The translations under genes and the position numbers were made by a program. A DNA stretch of 64,000 nucleotides from Dehalococcoidia bacterium (GTDB lineage: Bacteria; Chloroflexota; Dehalococcoidia; Dehalococcoidales; JAUXAP01): contig JAUXAP010000001.1 of assembly GCA_030619865.1 (NCBI GenBank), forward strand, positions 2,214 through 66,213, in the 5' to 3' direction. How positions within the stretch are numbered: the stretch's first letter is position 1; the number at the start of each line of letters is the position of its first letter. The notes under the pieces were generated by a model that worked only from the letters and a program-made list of their open reading frames with translations, searched no databases and was not told where the DNA came from. This document shows positions 46,551 to 57,624 of this stretch, in pieces.

Positions 46551-48266
46551 CTAACTCCTGCCAAACTCTCTTTCTAGCTGCCCTGAGCTGAGGCGAATCA
46601 TTATTGGTCTACCATGGGGACAGGTATGAGGAACGGCTACTTGCTCTAGTTGCCGTATAAGCTCTCTCATCTCATCGTCAGTTAGTGTCTGCCCGGCTCT
46701 TACCGCACTGTGACAGGCAATGGATATAGCTATCTTCTCCATCCAATCGCCTTTATCCCCTCCAAATGGGGAATCCGATAGCTCCATTATTGCCCCCGTC
46801 CAATCCGTCTTATTTAGCATTGCTGGCACGGCTCGGACTAAATAGGTTCTATCACCAAAAGGCTCAATAGAGAAACCAAATTCGGTTAGGTTTTCATAAT
46901 GGGATTTCAAAACTTCATCCTGCTTGGGATTAACCTCAAGTGTCACTGGCTCCAGCAGTCCTTGAACCTCTATTTCTTGATGCGACTTCTGCTGCTTAAT
47001 CTTTTCAAAAAGAATGCGCTCATGAGCTGCATGCTGGTCGATAAGATATAACCCATCTGGCCCTTCAGCTATAATGTAGCTACCCAAGACTTGCCCTACT
47101 ATCCGTAGCACCGGCAGAGAGACGGCTGGAGTTTGTAGAGCCACCGGTAGCGGAATAGCGGTGCTGCCACTACTTTCTGGTGGCATCCATAATACCTGCC
47201 TTAGCTTTGATGGTTCTTTATATGTGGTAGCTACCTCCTCGATTTTAGGCACTGGTGCTTGTCCGATTAAGGCCCTTCGGACTGCTTTCTGAATAGCGCT
47301 AAAAATGACACGCTCATTTTGGAACTTCACCTCAGCCTTGGTGGGGTGAATATTAACATCTACCTCATTGGCTGGTAGTGCTATATTAATAATAGCCACT
47401 GGATGTTTCCTCTGCATCAGCAGCCCATGATAAGCCTCCTCTACCGCCCAAGCCAGCAGTCGACTACTTATCCAGCGGCGGTTGACAAAGAAGCTGAGAT
47501 AATTTCTATTGGAACGACTTACTGCTGGTGAGCCTACCATGCCCGTTATCTGTGGCTGCGAAATGGCTGCCCCACTTTCCCATCCCTCGTCCTTATTAAT
47601 CTCCAGCATATTTTGGGCTATCTCTAAACCATAAACCTCAATAACACTATCTATTAACTGACCATTACCCGGTATTCTTAGAGTCACTCTGCCATCAATA
47701 GACAAAGCGAATTTAACCTCGGGGAAAGCAAGAGCATACTGGCTTACGACATTGGCGATATGACTATTTTCTGTAGCTGGCGACTTGAGGAATTTTAATC
47801 TGGCTGGCACATTGCGCAACAGGTTTCTTACCGTAACCGTAGTCCCCTGAGAGCGTCCTTGGCTTCCCCGGTTAGCTGCCTTGCCTCCTTTTAAGCTAAG
47901 ATAAGTCCCCGATGAATTGCCTGGAGCACAGGTAACTATATCTACCTGAGCCACAGCGGCTATGCTGGGCAGTGCCTCCCCGCGAAAGCCAAGACTTGAA
48001 ATAGATTCTAAATCCTCAATACCTTCTATTTTGCTGGTAGCATAACGGTCGAAGGCAAGCTCCACCTCCCCGGCGGGAATCCCAACCCCGTTATCCATCA
48101 CCCTAATAAGACTTATCCCACCACCCCTCACTTCAATAGAAATCTGACTAGAGCCGGCATCCAGTGAATTCTCCACCAGCTACTTCACCACCGAGGCTGG
48201 TCTCTCCACCACCTCACCAGCAGCAATTCGGGACACTATTTCTTTGTCTAAAACTTTAATCGACAT
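46551..48266 (-). pseudogene. mutL: DNA mismatch repair protein MutL interrupted by a single in-frame TAG at codon 29
   Basis: The track ORF (46551-48176) begins inside the GHKL ATPase motif I (ENSLDAG). Translating from ATG 48266 gives [40 protein letters not shown]... The rest of the gene looks intact through the C-terminal endonuclease domain (DQHAAHERILFE, ACHSAVRAG, CPHGRP). Confidence 0.85.
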
Positions 48267-48319
48267 GTCAAACCTTATTTTACACGCTTCCGTGTAAAAT
48301 GTCAATAGTTTTTAAGAAT

Positions 48320-50497
48320 TTATTTTATCTTTTCCAGCTGGGCGAAGCTGAGAAGGAGCTTTTTTACCCCTCCGTTAAAAGCCACCACCACCTCAGTATC
48401 ATCCTTCACCGGCTGGCAGCTCACCACCACCCCGCTGCCGAATTGGGCGTGGTGGACATGGTCACCGGCTTTTAATCCGTCAGCAGTCGCGGCGGGAGTG
48501 AAAGTTCTGGGCCAGGAATACATTGCTTCAGCTATTCGGCTCTCTTCACCCTGCCACCAGCCCTTATCCGAAATCAGATGTTGTGGAATATCGTTCAAGA
48601 AGCGCGACGGTTTATTTACGGCGCTGCTCCCCATGAGACTACGACGGAAGGCACGAACCAGAAAAACCCTCTGCTTGGCTCTAGTTATGCCTACGTAGCA
48701 CAGTCGCCTCTCCTCTTCCAGCTGGGCTGGGTCATCGAACGACCTAAAATGGGGCAGGATTCCGTCCTCCATACCAACAATAAACACCACCGGGAACTCC
48801 AGTCCCTTGGCTTGATGCAGGGTAATCAGGGTTACGGCATCCACCGTTTCGTCAAGCCCATCCACATCAGATACCAGCGTGACCCCTTCCAAGAAGACGG
48901 CTAAGCCCTCTCGCGGTTTCAAGTCGCGATATTGCTGGGCTACAGTGCGAAGCTCCATAATATTGTCCCAGCGCTCCTCTCCATCCACCCCCTTTAATAT
49001 ATAATCCTTATATCCAGAGCCTTTCACAACTAGGTCAAATAAATCAACCAAGTTTAGCTTCTTACTGTGAGTAATAAACCCTTCTATTAGGTTTAGAAAA
49101 TCGGTTAGCGCCTTAGCGATACGAGGGCTAACCGGAAGCTGGGGCTCCTTGTCCTTTGGCTTAGCCAAAAGCTGTAACGCCTCATAGCGAGAGATACCCT
49201 GAGACTTTGCCCAGCCAGATAGCTTGGCTAGGGTTTGCTGTCCAATACCCCGCCCGGGAACATTAATTACTCTTAACAGGCTGACACTATCATAGGGGTT
49301 CTGGATAAGCCTGAGATAGGCAATAACATCCTTTATCTCTCGCCTCTCATAGAAGCGGGTACCAGCCACCAGTTTATAGGGTATCCCGTAACGAACAAAG
49401 GCCTCCTCAAGAGCTCTTGACTGGGCATTGGTGCGATACATTACGGCACAGTCGCCCAGTTTAACCTTCCCCCCATCCACCAAGCGCTCCACCCCATTAA
49501 CTACGAACTGGGCTTCTTCTTGCTCAGTATAGGTCTCAACCACCATGGTTAGCTCACCCTGTTCATTATCTGTCCATAAATTTTTAGGCTTACGCTGCTG
49601 ATTGGCTGAAATTACGTAAGATGCCGTTTCCAGAATCTTTTTCGTCGAGCGATAGTTCTGTTCGAGCAGTATTACTTTAGCCTCAGGATAATCTTTCTCA
49701 AAGCTGAGGATATTACGCAGGTCAGCAAACCGCCATGAGTAGATTGATTGGTCAGGGTCGCCGACAACACATATATTGCGATACTTCCCGGCTAGTTGCT
49801 TCACTAGTTCATACTGGGTCAGATTAGTATCCTGAAACTCATCAACATGGATATGCCGGTATCTTCTTTGGTATCGAGATAGAACCTCAGGGCTCTTTCT
49901 GAATAGCTGCACCGCCTTCAATAATAAATCGTCAAAGTCCAGAGCCCTACTTTCCCCCAGTAGCTGCTGATAGCGCTCATAGATTCGCCCGGCTACCTCC
50001 TCAAAATAGCTACGACTACGCTGAATATAGTCTTCGGGGGTTAATATGTGACTCTTAGCTGCCGAAATGGCTGATTTTATCGCCTGAGGGGCGTATTGCT
50101 TGGGGTCAAGACCTACTTCCTGAGTGCTGCGCTTTATCACGCTTATCTGGTCTTCTTCATCATAGATTACGAATCTGGGGTTAACACCTATTGCCTTGCC
50201 GTCCTTGCGCAGGATACGAGCACAAATGGCGTGAAAGGTACCTAGAGTCAAATCCTTCACCGAACCGCTAACCAGTCGATGGAGCCTCTCCTCCATTTCT
50301 CTGGCGGCTTTATTGGTGAAGGTAACCGCCATGATACGGCGTGGGTTAACACCACAAACTTTAATCAAGTAAGCGATACGATGGGTAATAACCCTGGTCT
50401 TGCCACTGCCCGGACCAGCTAAAATCAGTACCGGACCATTAATTGCCTCTGCTGCTTCCCTTTGCGCCGGGTTAAGGTCAGCCAAAATATCTATCAT
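48320..50497 (-). CDS. pcrA: ATP-dependent DNA helicase PcrA/UvrD (SF1)
   Basis: 725 aa. Walker A AGPGSGKT, TFTNKAA, the DEFQDTN motif, VGDPDQSIY, and C-terminal LCYVGITRAK. Confidence 0.93.
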   Translation of the reverse strand: MIDILADLNPAQREAAEAINGPVLILAGPGSGKTRVITHRIAYLIKVCGVNPRRIMAVTFTNKAAREMEERLHRLVSGSVKDLTLGTFHAICARILRKDGKAIGVNPRFVIYDEEDQISVIKRSTQEVGLDPKQYAPQAIKSAISAAKSHILTPEDYIQRSRSYFEEVAGRIYERYQQLLGESRALDFDDLLLKAVQLFRKSPEVLSRYQRRYRHIHVDEFQDTNLTQYELVKQLAGKYRNICVVGDPDQSIYSWRFADLRNILSFEKDYPEAKVILLEQNYRSTKKILETASYVISANQQRKPKNLWTDNEQGELTMVVETYTEQEEAQFVVNGVERLVDGGKVKLGDCAVMYRTNAQSRALEEAFVRYGIPYKLVAGTRFYERREIKDVIAYLRLIQNPYDSVSLLRVINVPGRGIGQQTLAKLSGWAKSQGISRYEALQLLAKPKDKEPQLPVSPRIAKALTDFLNLIEGFITHSKKLNLVDLFDLVVKGSGYKDYILKGVDGEERWDNIMELRTVAQQYRDLKPREGLAVFLEGVTLVSDVDGLDETVDAVTLITLHQAKGLEFPVVFIVGMEDGILPHFRSFDDPAQLEEERRLCYVGITRAKQRVFLVRAFRRSLMGSSAVNKPSRFLNDIPQHLISDKGWWQGEESRIAEAMYSWPRTFTPAATADGLKAGDHVHHAQFGSGVVVSCQPVKDDTEVVVAFNGGVKKLLLSFAQLEKIK

Positions 50498-50569
50498 CTG
50501 TCTTGACTCATTATAACATTGGCAGTAGCTGGTTGAAAGTTTGTGTCTGCGGGGGGTAGATAGACCTCA

Positions 50570-50620
50570 TTGACACAATATAGTAAAAGTTATAGGATAT
50601 ATGCAGATATGCGCATATAT
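50570..50620 (+). promoter_or_regulatory. Candidate ars promoter (TTGACA-N17-TAGGAT) with an overlapping inverted-repeat operator ATATATGC-N8-GCATATAT
   Basis: TTGACA at 50570-50575 and TAGGAT at 50593-50598. The inverted-repeat arms are at 50597-50604 and 50613-50620. It lies just upstream of arsR. Confidence 0.45.
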
Positions 50621-50642
50621 AGTTATATTCCAAAAGAATGCT

Positions 50643-50978
50643 ATGCAAGACCTAATTAAAGCAATAAAGGCTCTGTCTGATGAAACGAGACTGAGGATCT
50701 TGAAAGTCCTGTTGGAGAGAGAATGTTGCGTCTGTGAGATTATGCAAGCTCTGGATATCTCTCAATCCCGGGCTTCACGCAACCTTGGCATCCTTCAGGA
50801 CGCCGGTTTCCTGAAAGAAAGGAGAGACGGCCTGTGGATAGTTTACTCCATAGACTGGCAGGCAGGAAATCGCTACGCTATTTCCCTTGCCACACTACTG
50901 AAGGATTCCCTTATCAGCAATGAGATATTGACACAGGATAAAGAAAGATTAAGTCACGCCGTTAAGAAAGGAGTTTAA
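50643..50978 (+). CDS. arsR: ArsR/SmtB-family metalloregulatory repressor
   Basis: LSDETRLRILKVLLERECCVCEIMQALDISQSRASRNLGILQDAGFL is a winged HTH with the CVC metalloid-binding motif. The start is moved to ATG 50643, because the operator overlaps the longer track ORF. Confidence 0.88.
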   Translation: MQDLIKAIKALSDETRLRILKVLLERECCVCEIMQALDISQSRASRNLGILQDAGFLKERRDGLWIVYSIDWQAGNRYAISLATLLKDSLISNEILTQDKERLSHAVKKGV

Positions 50979-50988
50979 CAAGGATAAA

Positions 50989-52047
50989 ATGGAGGAAAGA
51001 AGGCTTGGCATATGGGAGAAATACCTGACCTTATGGGTCGCTTTATGTATTGGCGCTGGCACAGTCCTAGGAAGCGTATTCCCACAACTTTCTGATGCTC
51101 TGGCAAGGTTAGAAATAGCCAACATTTCTATCCCAATTGCTATCTGTCTGTTCGCCATGATTTATCCCATAATGGTTCAGATAAGCTGGGAGGAGATAAG
51201 CGGAGCACTACGTTCCCCAAAACCGATAGCTCTAACACTTTTCGCTAACTGGGCAGTAAAGCCTTTTCTTATGGCCTTCTTCGCCTGGCTGTTTCTAGGC
51301 GTTGTTTTCTCCAAACTTCTCACTCCTGACCAAATTGAGCAGTACAGGGCTGGGTTGATACTGCTAGGGGTGGCGCCGTGCACTGCCATGGTTCTGGTAT
51401 GGAGCTACCTGGCACGCGGTAACATGGGCCACACACTGGTAATGACGGCTGTCAATTCACTTGCTATGGTCATACTCTATGCTCCTCTTGCGGTACTATT
51501 GCTAGGTATTTCTGGAATAAGGGTGCCATGGGATACTATTGCCCTGTCCGTGGCCATATACATTGTTACCCCTCTGATAGCCGGGTACATCACTCGAAGA
51601 CAGGTAATCAGAAGGAAAGGCTTGGACTGGTTCAAAGCTAAACTTGTGCCCTGGCTTGGAAAGGTATCCATAATTGCCTTATTGGTGACCTTAGTAATCT
51701 TATTCACCTTTCAGGGTCACCTCATTGTTGAACTGCCAGCAATTATTGGTATGATTGCTGTCGGTATCTTTTTCAATATCTTAGTGGTGTTTGGCATTAC
51801 TTATGTTGCGGCCAGGATTATGAAGCTTCGCTACGAAGATGCAGCGCCGGCAGCGATTATTGCTGGCAGCAACCACTTTGAGGTAGCTATAGCCGTAGCT
51901 ATCACCCTTTTCGGTGTAACCTCAGGAGCAGTGCTGGCTACAGTGGTTGGCGTTCTCACCGAAGTCCCGTTTATGCTCATCCTGGTACAACTGTGCAAAG
52001 CTACTAGAGGCACGTTCGGCAAAAAAGCGCAGACCAGTGGCAGGTAA
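50989..52047 (+). CDS. acr3: Arsenite efflux permease, ACR3 family
   Basis: 352 aa, about 10 TM. The conserved GVAPCTAMV cysteine motif and the overall ACR3 pattern are present. It is adjacent to arsR. Confidence 0.9.
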   Translation: MEERRLGIWEKYLTLWVALCIGAGTVLGSVFPQLSDALARLEIANISIPIAICLFAMIYPIMVQISWEEISGALRSPKPIALTLFANWAVKPFLMAFFAWLFLGVVFSKLLTPDQIEQYRAGLILLGVAPCTAMVLVWSYLARGNMGHTLVMTAVNSLAMVILYAPLAVLLLGISGIRVPWDTIALSVAIYIVTPLIAGYITRRQVIRRKGLDWFKAKLVPWLGKVSIIALLVTLVILFTFQGHLIVELPAIIGMIAVGIFFNILVVFGITYVAARIMKLRYEDAAPAAIIAGSNHFEVAIAVAITLFGVTSGAVLATVVGVLTEVPFMLILVQLCKATRGTFGKKAQTSGR

Positions 52048-52111
52048 TACCTAGCAGGAATTTCCAAAAGAAAATAAAATATCTCAGCCTAGATTTCGTC
52101 CCTTCAAAATG

Positions 52112-52140
52112 TTGCAATAATTTAATTACTGTGTTATAAT
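52112..52140 (+). promoter_or_regulatory. Candidate pyr operon promoter (TTGCAA-N17-TATAAT with extended -10 TGT)
   Basis: TTGCAA at 52112-52117, a 17-nt spacer, then TATAAT at 52135-52140. Confidence 0.6.
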
Positions 52141-52188
52141 AGTAAATTAATAAAAATCAAAGAAGGAATAAAATTTGAACCTTTAAGC

Positions 52189-54286
<2,098 letters not shown>

Positions 54287-54290
<4 letters not shown>

Positions 54291-55624
54291 ATAAAAAATC
54301 AGACACTTTACTTATCCAATGTGGTCATATAATTGACCCCAGCCAGGGTATAGATGAAATTGGCAGTTTGCTTATTTCGAAAGGCAAAATATCTTGGTTA
54401 GATAGGGAGGAAGTAACCCCACCCCAACAAAACTACGATGTTCTCTCCGCCGAGGGACTAATAGTCTGCCCCGGATTTATTGACCTCCACTGCCATCTCA
54501 GACAGCCCGGCTTTGAGGAAAAGGAAACTATTGTTACTGGAAGCCGAGCCGCAGCCAGGGGTGGCTTCACCACTATCTGCTGTATGCCTAATACTAATCC
54601 ACCGTTGGATAACCAAGCCGCCATAGATTATGTTAAATCAAAGGCAGCCACCGAAGGGGTGGTCCACGTTCTGCCCATAGGTTGCATCTCCAAAGGGAGA
54701 AAGGGAGAGGAACTAACTGATATGGGTAAGCTGGCTTCAGCCGGGGTGATTGCCTTTAGTGATGACGGTGACCCGGTGGCAAATTCACGCCTTATGCGTC
54801 AGGCACTAGAGTATAGCTGTGCCTTGGGCTTGCCTATTATCAACCACTGCGAAGATAAAGCTCTCACCGAGGGTGGACAGATGAATGAAGGCATAATATC
54901 AACCAAGTTGGGGCTTCAGGGGATACCAGCCACTGCCGAGGAGATTATCGTCGCTCGTGACCTGGCACTAGCCAAATTGACCGGAGGTCGACTACATATT
55001 GCCCATGTCAGCACCGAGGGTTCGGTTGACCTTATTCGTCGTGCCAAGAAGAAAGGTATTCAGGTTACGGCTGAGGTTACGCCACACCACCTGACCCTTA
55101 CTGAGGAAAAGGTAATCGGCTATGATACCAACGCTAAGGTAAATCCACCGCTAAGAACCAAACGGGACATTCAAGCCATGATTCAGGGGCTTAAAGAGAA
55201 TGTAATTGACATTATTGCTACCGACCATGCTCCTCACACTGAAGCTGATAAGCTCTGTGATTTCACCGTAGCTGCCTCTGGCATCAGCGGCTTTGAAACC
55301 GCTCTGGGCAGTCTGATGAGCCTGGTGCACGATGGACAGCTACCATTAACTACCCTTATCGCTAAGCTGACCTGTGAACCTGCCAAGATTATTGGTGATA
55401 AATATGGAAAACTGGGGACGCTGGCTATTGGCGCCCCGGCTGATGTTACTATCTTTGCCCCTGATATGGACTGGGTAGTTAACACCAGCACTTTTGCCTC
55501 TAAGGGTAAGAATACTCCATTAGCTGGCTCAGCGCTTAAAGGCAAGGTAATGGCAACCCTATCACAGGGAAAGCTAGCTTACAAAGATGATTCCGTTAAG
55601 TTGAAAGAGAGGATAGCTAGATAA
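54287..55624 (+). CDS. pyrC: Dihydroorotase
   Basis: 445 aa. The metal-ligand HxH (DLHCHLRQPG), the amidohydrolase fold, and ATDHAPH are present. Confidence 0.92.
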
Positions 55625-55634
55625 CAGGTGAATT

Positions 55635-56738
55635 ATGGCTAAAAGGGTAATATTAGTCCTTGAAGACGGCTCGGTTTATGAAGGCTACTCCTTTGGCGCT
55701 GAGGCCGACGCCTACGGTGAGGTAGTATTCAATACCAGCATGGTGGGATACCAGGAGATGTTGACCGACCCTTCTTACGCCGGACAGATTGTCGTTCCCA
55801 CTTATCCCCTTATCGGCAACTACGGCGTGAACGAGCAGGACTTTGAGTCAAAGAGGATCCAGGTTAGAGGTTTTGTGGTCAGAGAAGAGTGCCTGGAACC
55901 TAATCACTATCTCAGCACCAAGACCATCCACGAGTATTTAGCCGAAAGTGGTATACCCGCAATTTACGGTGTAGATACTCGCGCCATTACCCGCCGGCTG
56001 CGTTCGTCAGGAGTAATGACGGGCATGATAACCAGCGATAAAACTCCACAGCAGGTTCTGGAGGAACTAAAGAGCTTGCCCAGCTATGGTTCTGTTGATT
56101 TTGCCAGGCAGGTTACTACCGACGCCCCTTATGAGTGGGAACCAGACCAGCCGGATGCAGATTCTTCATACCATATAATCGTCCTTGACTGCGGCTTGAA
56201 ATACACCATCCTGCGCATGATGTCCCGTTACGGCTGCCAAACAACCGTAGTTCCCTGCACCATGTCCGCTGAGAAAATCCTTAAGTTAAAGCCTGACGGC
56301 ATTATCCTTTCTCCCGGACCGGGTAATCCTGAGTTATTGGATTATATAGTAGATACGGTTAAGAAACTTGTTGGTAAGAAGCCGATTATGGGTATCTGTA
56401 TGGGCAATCAGCTTATTGCCCGCGCCTTCGGTGCCAAGACCTTCAAGCTGAAGTTTGGACACCGTGGTGTCAATCACCCGGTCAGAGACCTGAGTGACGG
56501 ACGAATCCACATCACCGCTCAGAACCACGGCTATGCCACTGACCCCGACAGCCTTAAAGATGGTTTGGAGGTAAGCCATATCAACCTGAACGACGGCACG
56601 GTGGAGGGCTTACGCCATAAGGAACTACCCATCTTCTCCATCCAGTACCACTCTGAAGCCTCCCCAGGCCCCCTGGATAATTCCTACCTCTTTGAAAAGT
56701 TCCTGGAAATGATGAAGGGAAATAAAGCGGAGGTGTAA
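55635..56738 (+). CDS. carA: Carbamoyl-phosphate synthase small (glutaminase) subunit
   Basis: 367 aa. LVLEDGSVYEG N-terminus, a GATase catalytic Cys in GICMGNQL, and an HRG...NH block. Confidence 0.95.
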   Translation: MAKRVILVLEDGSVYEGYSFGAEADAYGEVVFNTSMVGYQEMLTDPSYAGQIVVPTYPLIGNYGVNEQDFESKRIQVRGFVVREECLEPNHYLSTKTIHEYLAESGIPAIYGVDTRAITRRLRSSGVMTGMITSDKTPQQVLEELKSLPSYGSVDFARQVTTDAPYEWEPDQPDADSSYHIIVLDCGLKYTILRMMSRYGCQTTVVPCTMSAEKILKLKPDGIILSPGPGNPELLDYIVDTVKKLVGKKPIMGICMGNQLIARAFGAKTFKLKFGHRGVNHPVRDLSDGRIHITAQNHGYATDPDSLKDGLEVSHINLNDGTVEGLRHKELPIFSIQYHSEASPGPLDNSYLFEKFLEMMKGNKAEV

Positions 56739-56740
56739 TT

Positions 56741-56947
56741 ATGGGACTTTTTGGAACTACAATGCGACTCTTCTTTTCGGTCATCTTTGGGATTATTGGA
56801 ATTGGTGTAGTAATTATTGGCTTGGTGACGCTAATTGGAGCCGCAGCATTCGCTGGTGCGGTTCCCATGTGGGGAGATGCCCTTATTATTGTTGTCGGGC
56901 TGGTGATGATAGGTGGGGCTTATTTTATGGGAAAGGGTGTGTGGTAA
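56741..56947 (+). CDS. Small two-TM membrane protein of unknown function
   Basis: 68 aa with two hydrophobic helices. The ATG lies 3 nt after the carA stop with GGAGGTG upstream, which suggests real translation. No family recognised. Confidence 0.45.
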   Translation: MGLFGTTMRLFFSVIFGIIGIGVVIIGLVTLIGAAAFAGAVPMWGDALIIVVGLVMIGGAYFMGKGVW

Positions 56948-56987
56948 TAAGTTTCTGAAGATGGTGAGGGAGGGGAAATAGACCATA

Positions 56988-57065
56988 TGTTATTGCGAGG
57001 AGCAGAGCGACGAAGCAAACTGGAAGATAAATATGAGATTACTTCGCCTTCGGCTCGTAATGACG
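56988..57065. repeat. MITE-like palindromic element, copy 3 (TGTTATTGCGAGG ... CTCGTAATGACG)
   Basis: TGTTATTGCGAGGAGCAGAGCGACGAAGCAAAC, a 14-nt centre, then GAGATTACTTCGCCTTCGGCTCGTAATGACG. The architecture and arm sequences match 32795-32870. Confidence 0.7.
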
Positions 57066-57105
57066 CATCAGCCAGAAGGAGAGGGGGATAAAGGGGGTGA
57101 GGTAG

Positions 57106-57609
57106 ATGGGAAAGCAAACGCTAGAACAAATTAAGGAAAAGGAAATTGAAATACAAGGAGATAGTCTAGAAAATTTCTACCCAATCATAACAATGGTAGC
57201 AGCTGAATTGCGTTTTAGAAATCACTTTTATGAAGCACGACTAGCCAATTCAAATGTTACAGATAGTTCTGCTGGATTTGCCGTTTTTACTATCGATCCA
57301 ACTAGTATGAGTAAGACACTAATCGGAGCTTTCACGTTACTTTTGCTTGGAAGTAATCGAATAATGCTAAGAGTATCTCCCCGTTCACGATGGCATCATG
57401 ATTTTGATCTCACTCCAGGAGAGATAATTAAACTAGGATTAATCACAAATGATGAAAGTGATAGAAAGTTTTATGACGAGCAGTTTAATCAATTCATTAA
57501 CAGTTTAGAGGAGAGACTCGCGCACTACGGCTTAAAGGTAACGTGGTACAAGAAATTGTGGCGTGTCGTAAAGGAACTTACAGGAATAGCAAAGGCAGTA
57601 AAACCGTAA
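57106..57609 (+). CDS. AT-rich orphan protein of unknown function inserted between carA and carB
   Basis: 167 aa. A purine-rich SD (GGGGGTGAGG) lies upstream. No recognisable motif or family. G+C is about 34 percent in my hand count of the first 120 nt, against about 63 percent at 57661-57720 in carB. Confidence 0.5.
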   Translation: MGKQTLEQIKEKEIEIQGDSLENFYPIITMVAAELRFRNHFYEARLANSNVTDSSAGFAVFTIDPTSMSKTLIGAFTLLLLGSNRIMLRVSPRSRWHHDFDLTPGEIIKLGLITNDESDRKFYDEQFNQFINSLEERLAHYGLKVTWYKKLWRVVKELTGIAKAVKP

Positions 57610-57624
57610 GTAGAGGAGTGAATC

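Noticed and set aside
48180-48182. The TAG in mutL decoded as pyrrolysine, given the corrinoid methyltransferase genes in the window.
   Set aside because: The position aligns with a universally conserved catalytic glutamate. No pylT/pylS or MttB/MtbB/MtmB-type genes are seen in the window. A point mutation or consensus error is more parsimonious, though not formally excluded without the whole genome.
48278-48299. The hairpin TTTTACACG-CTTC-CGTGTAAAA between the pcrA stop and the mutL start.
   Set aside because: It has a 9-bp AT-rich stem and no U-tract on the transcribed (minus) strand. pcrA and mutL are probably co-transcribed, so I do not call it a terminator.
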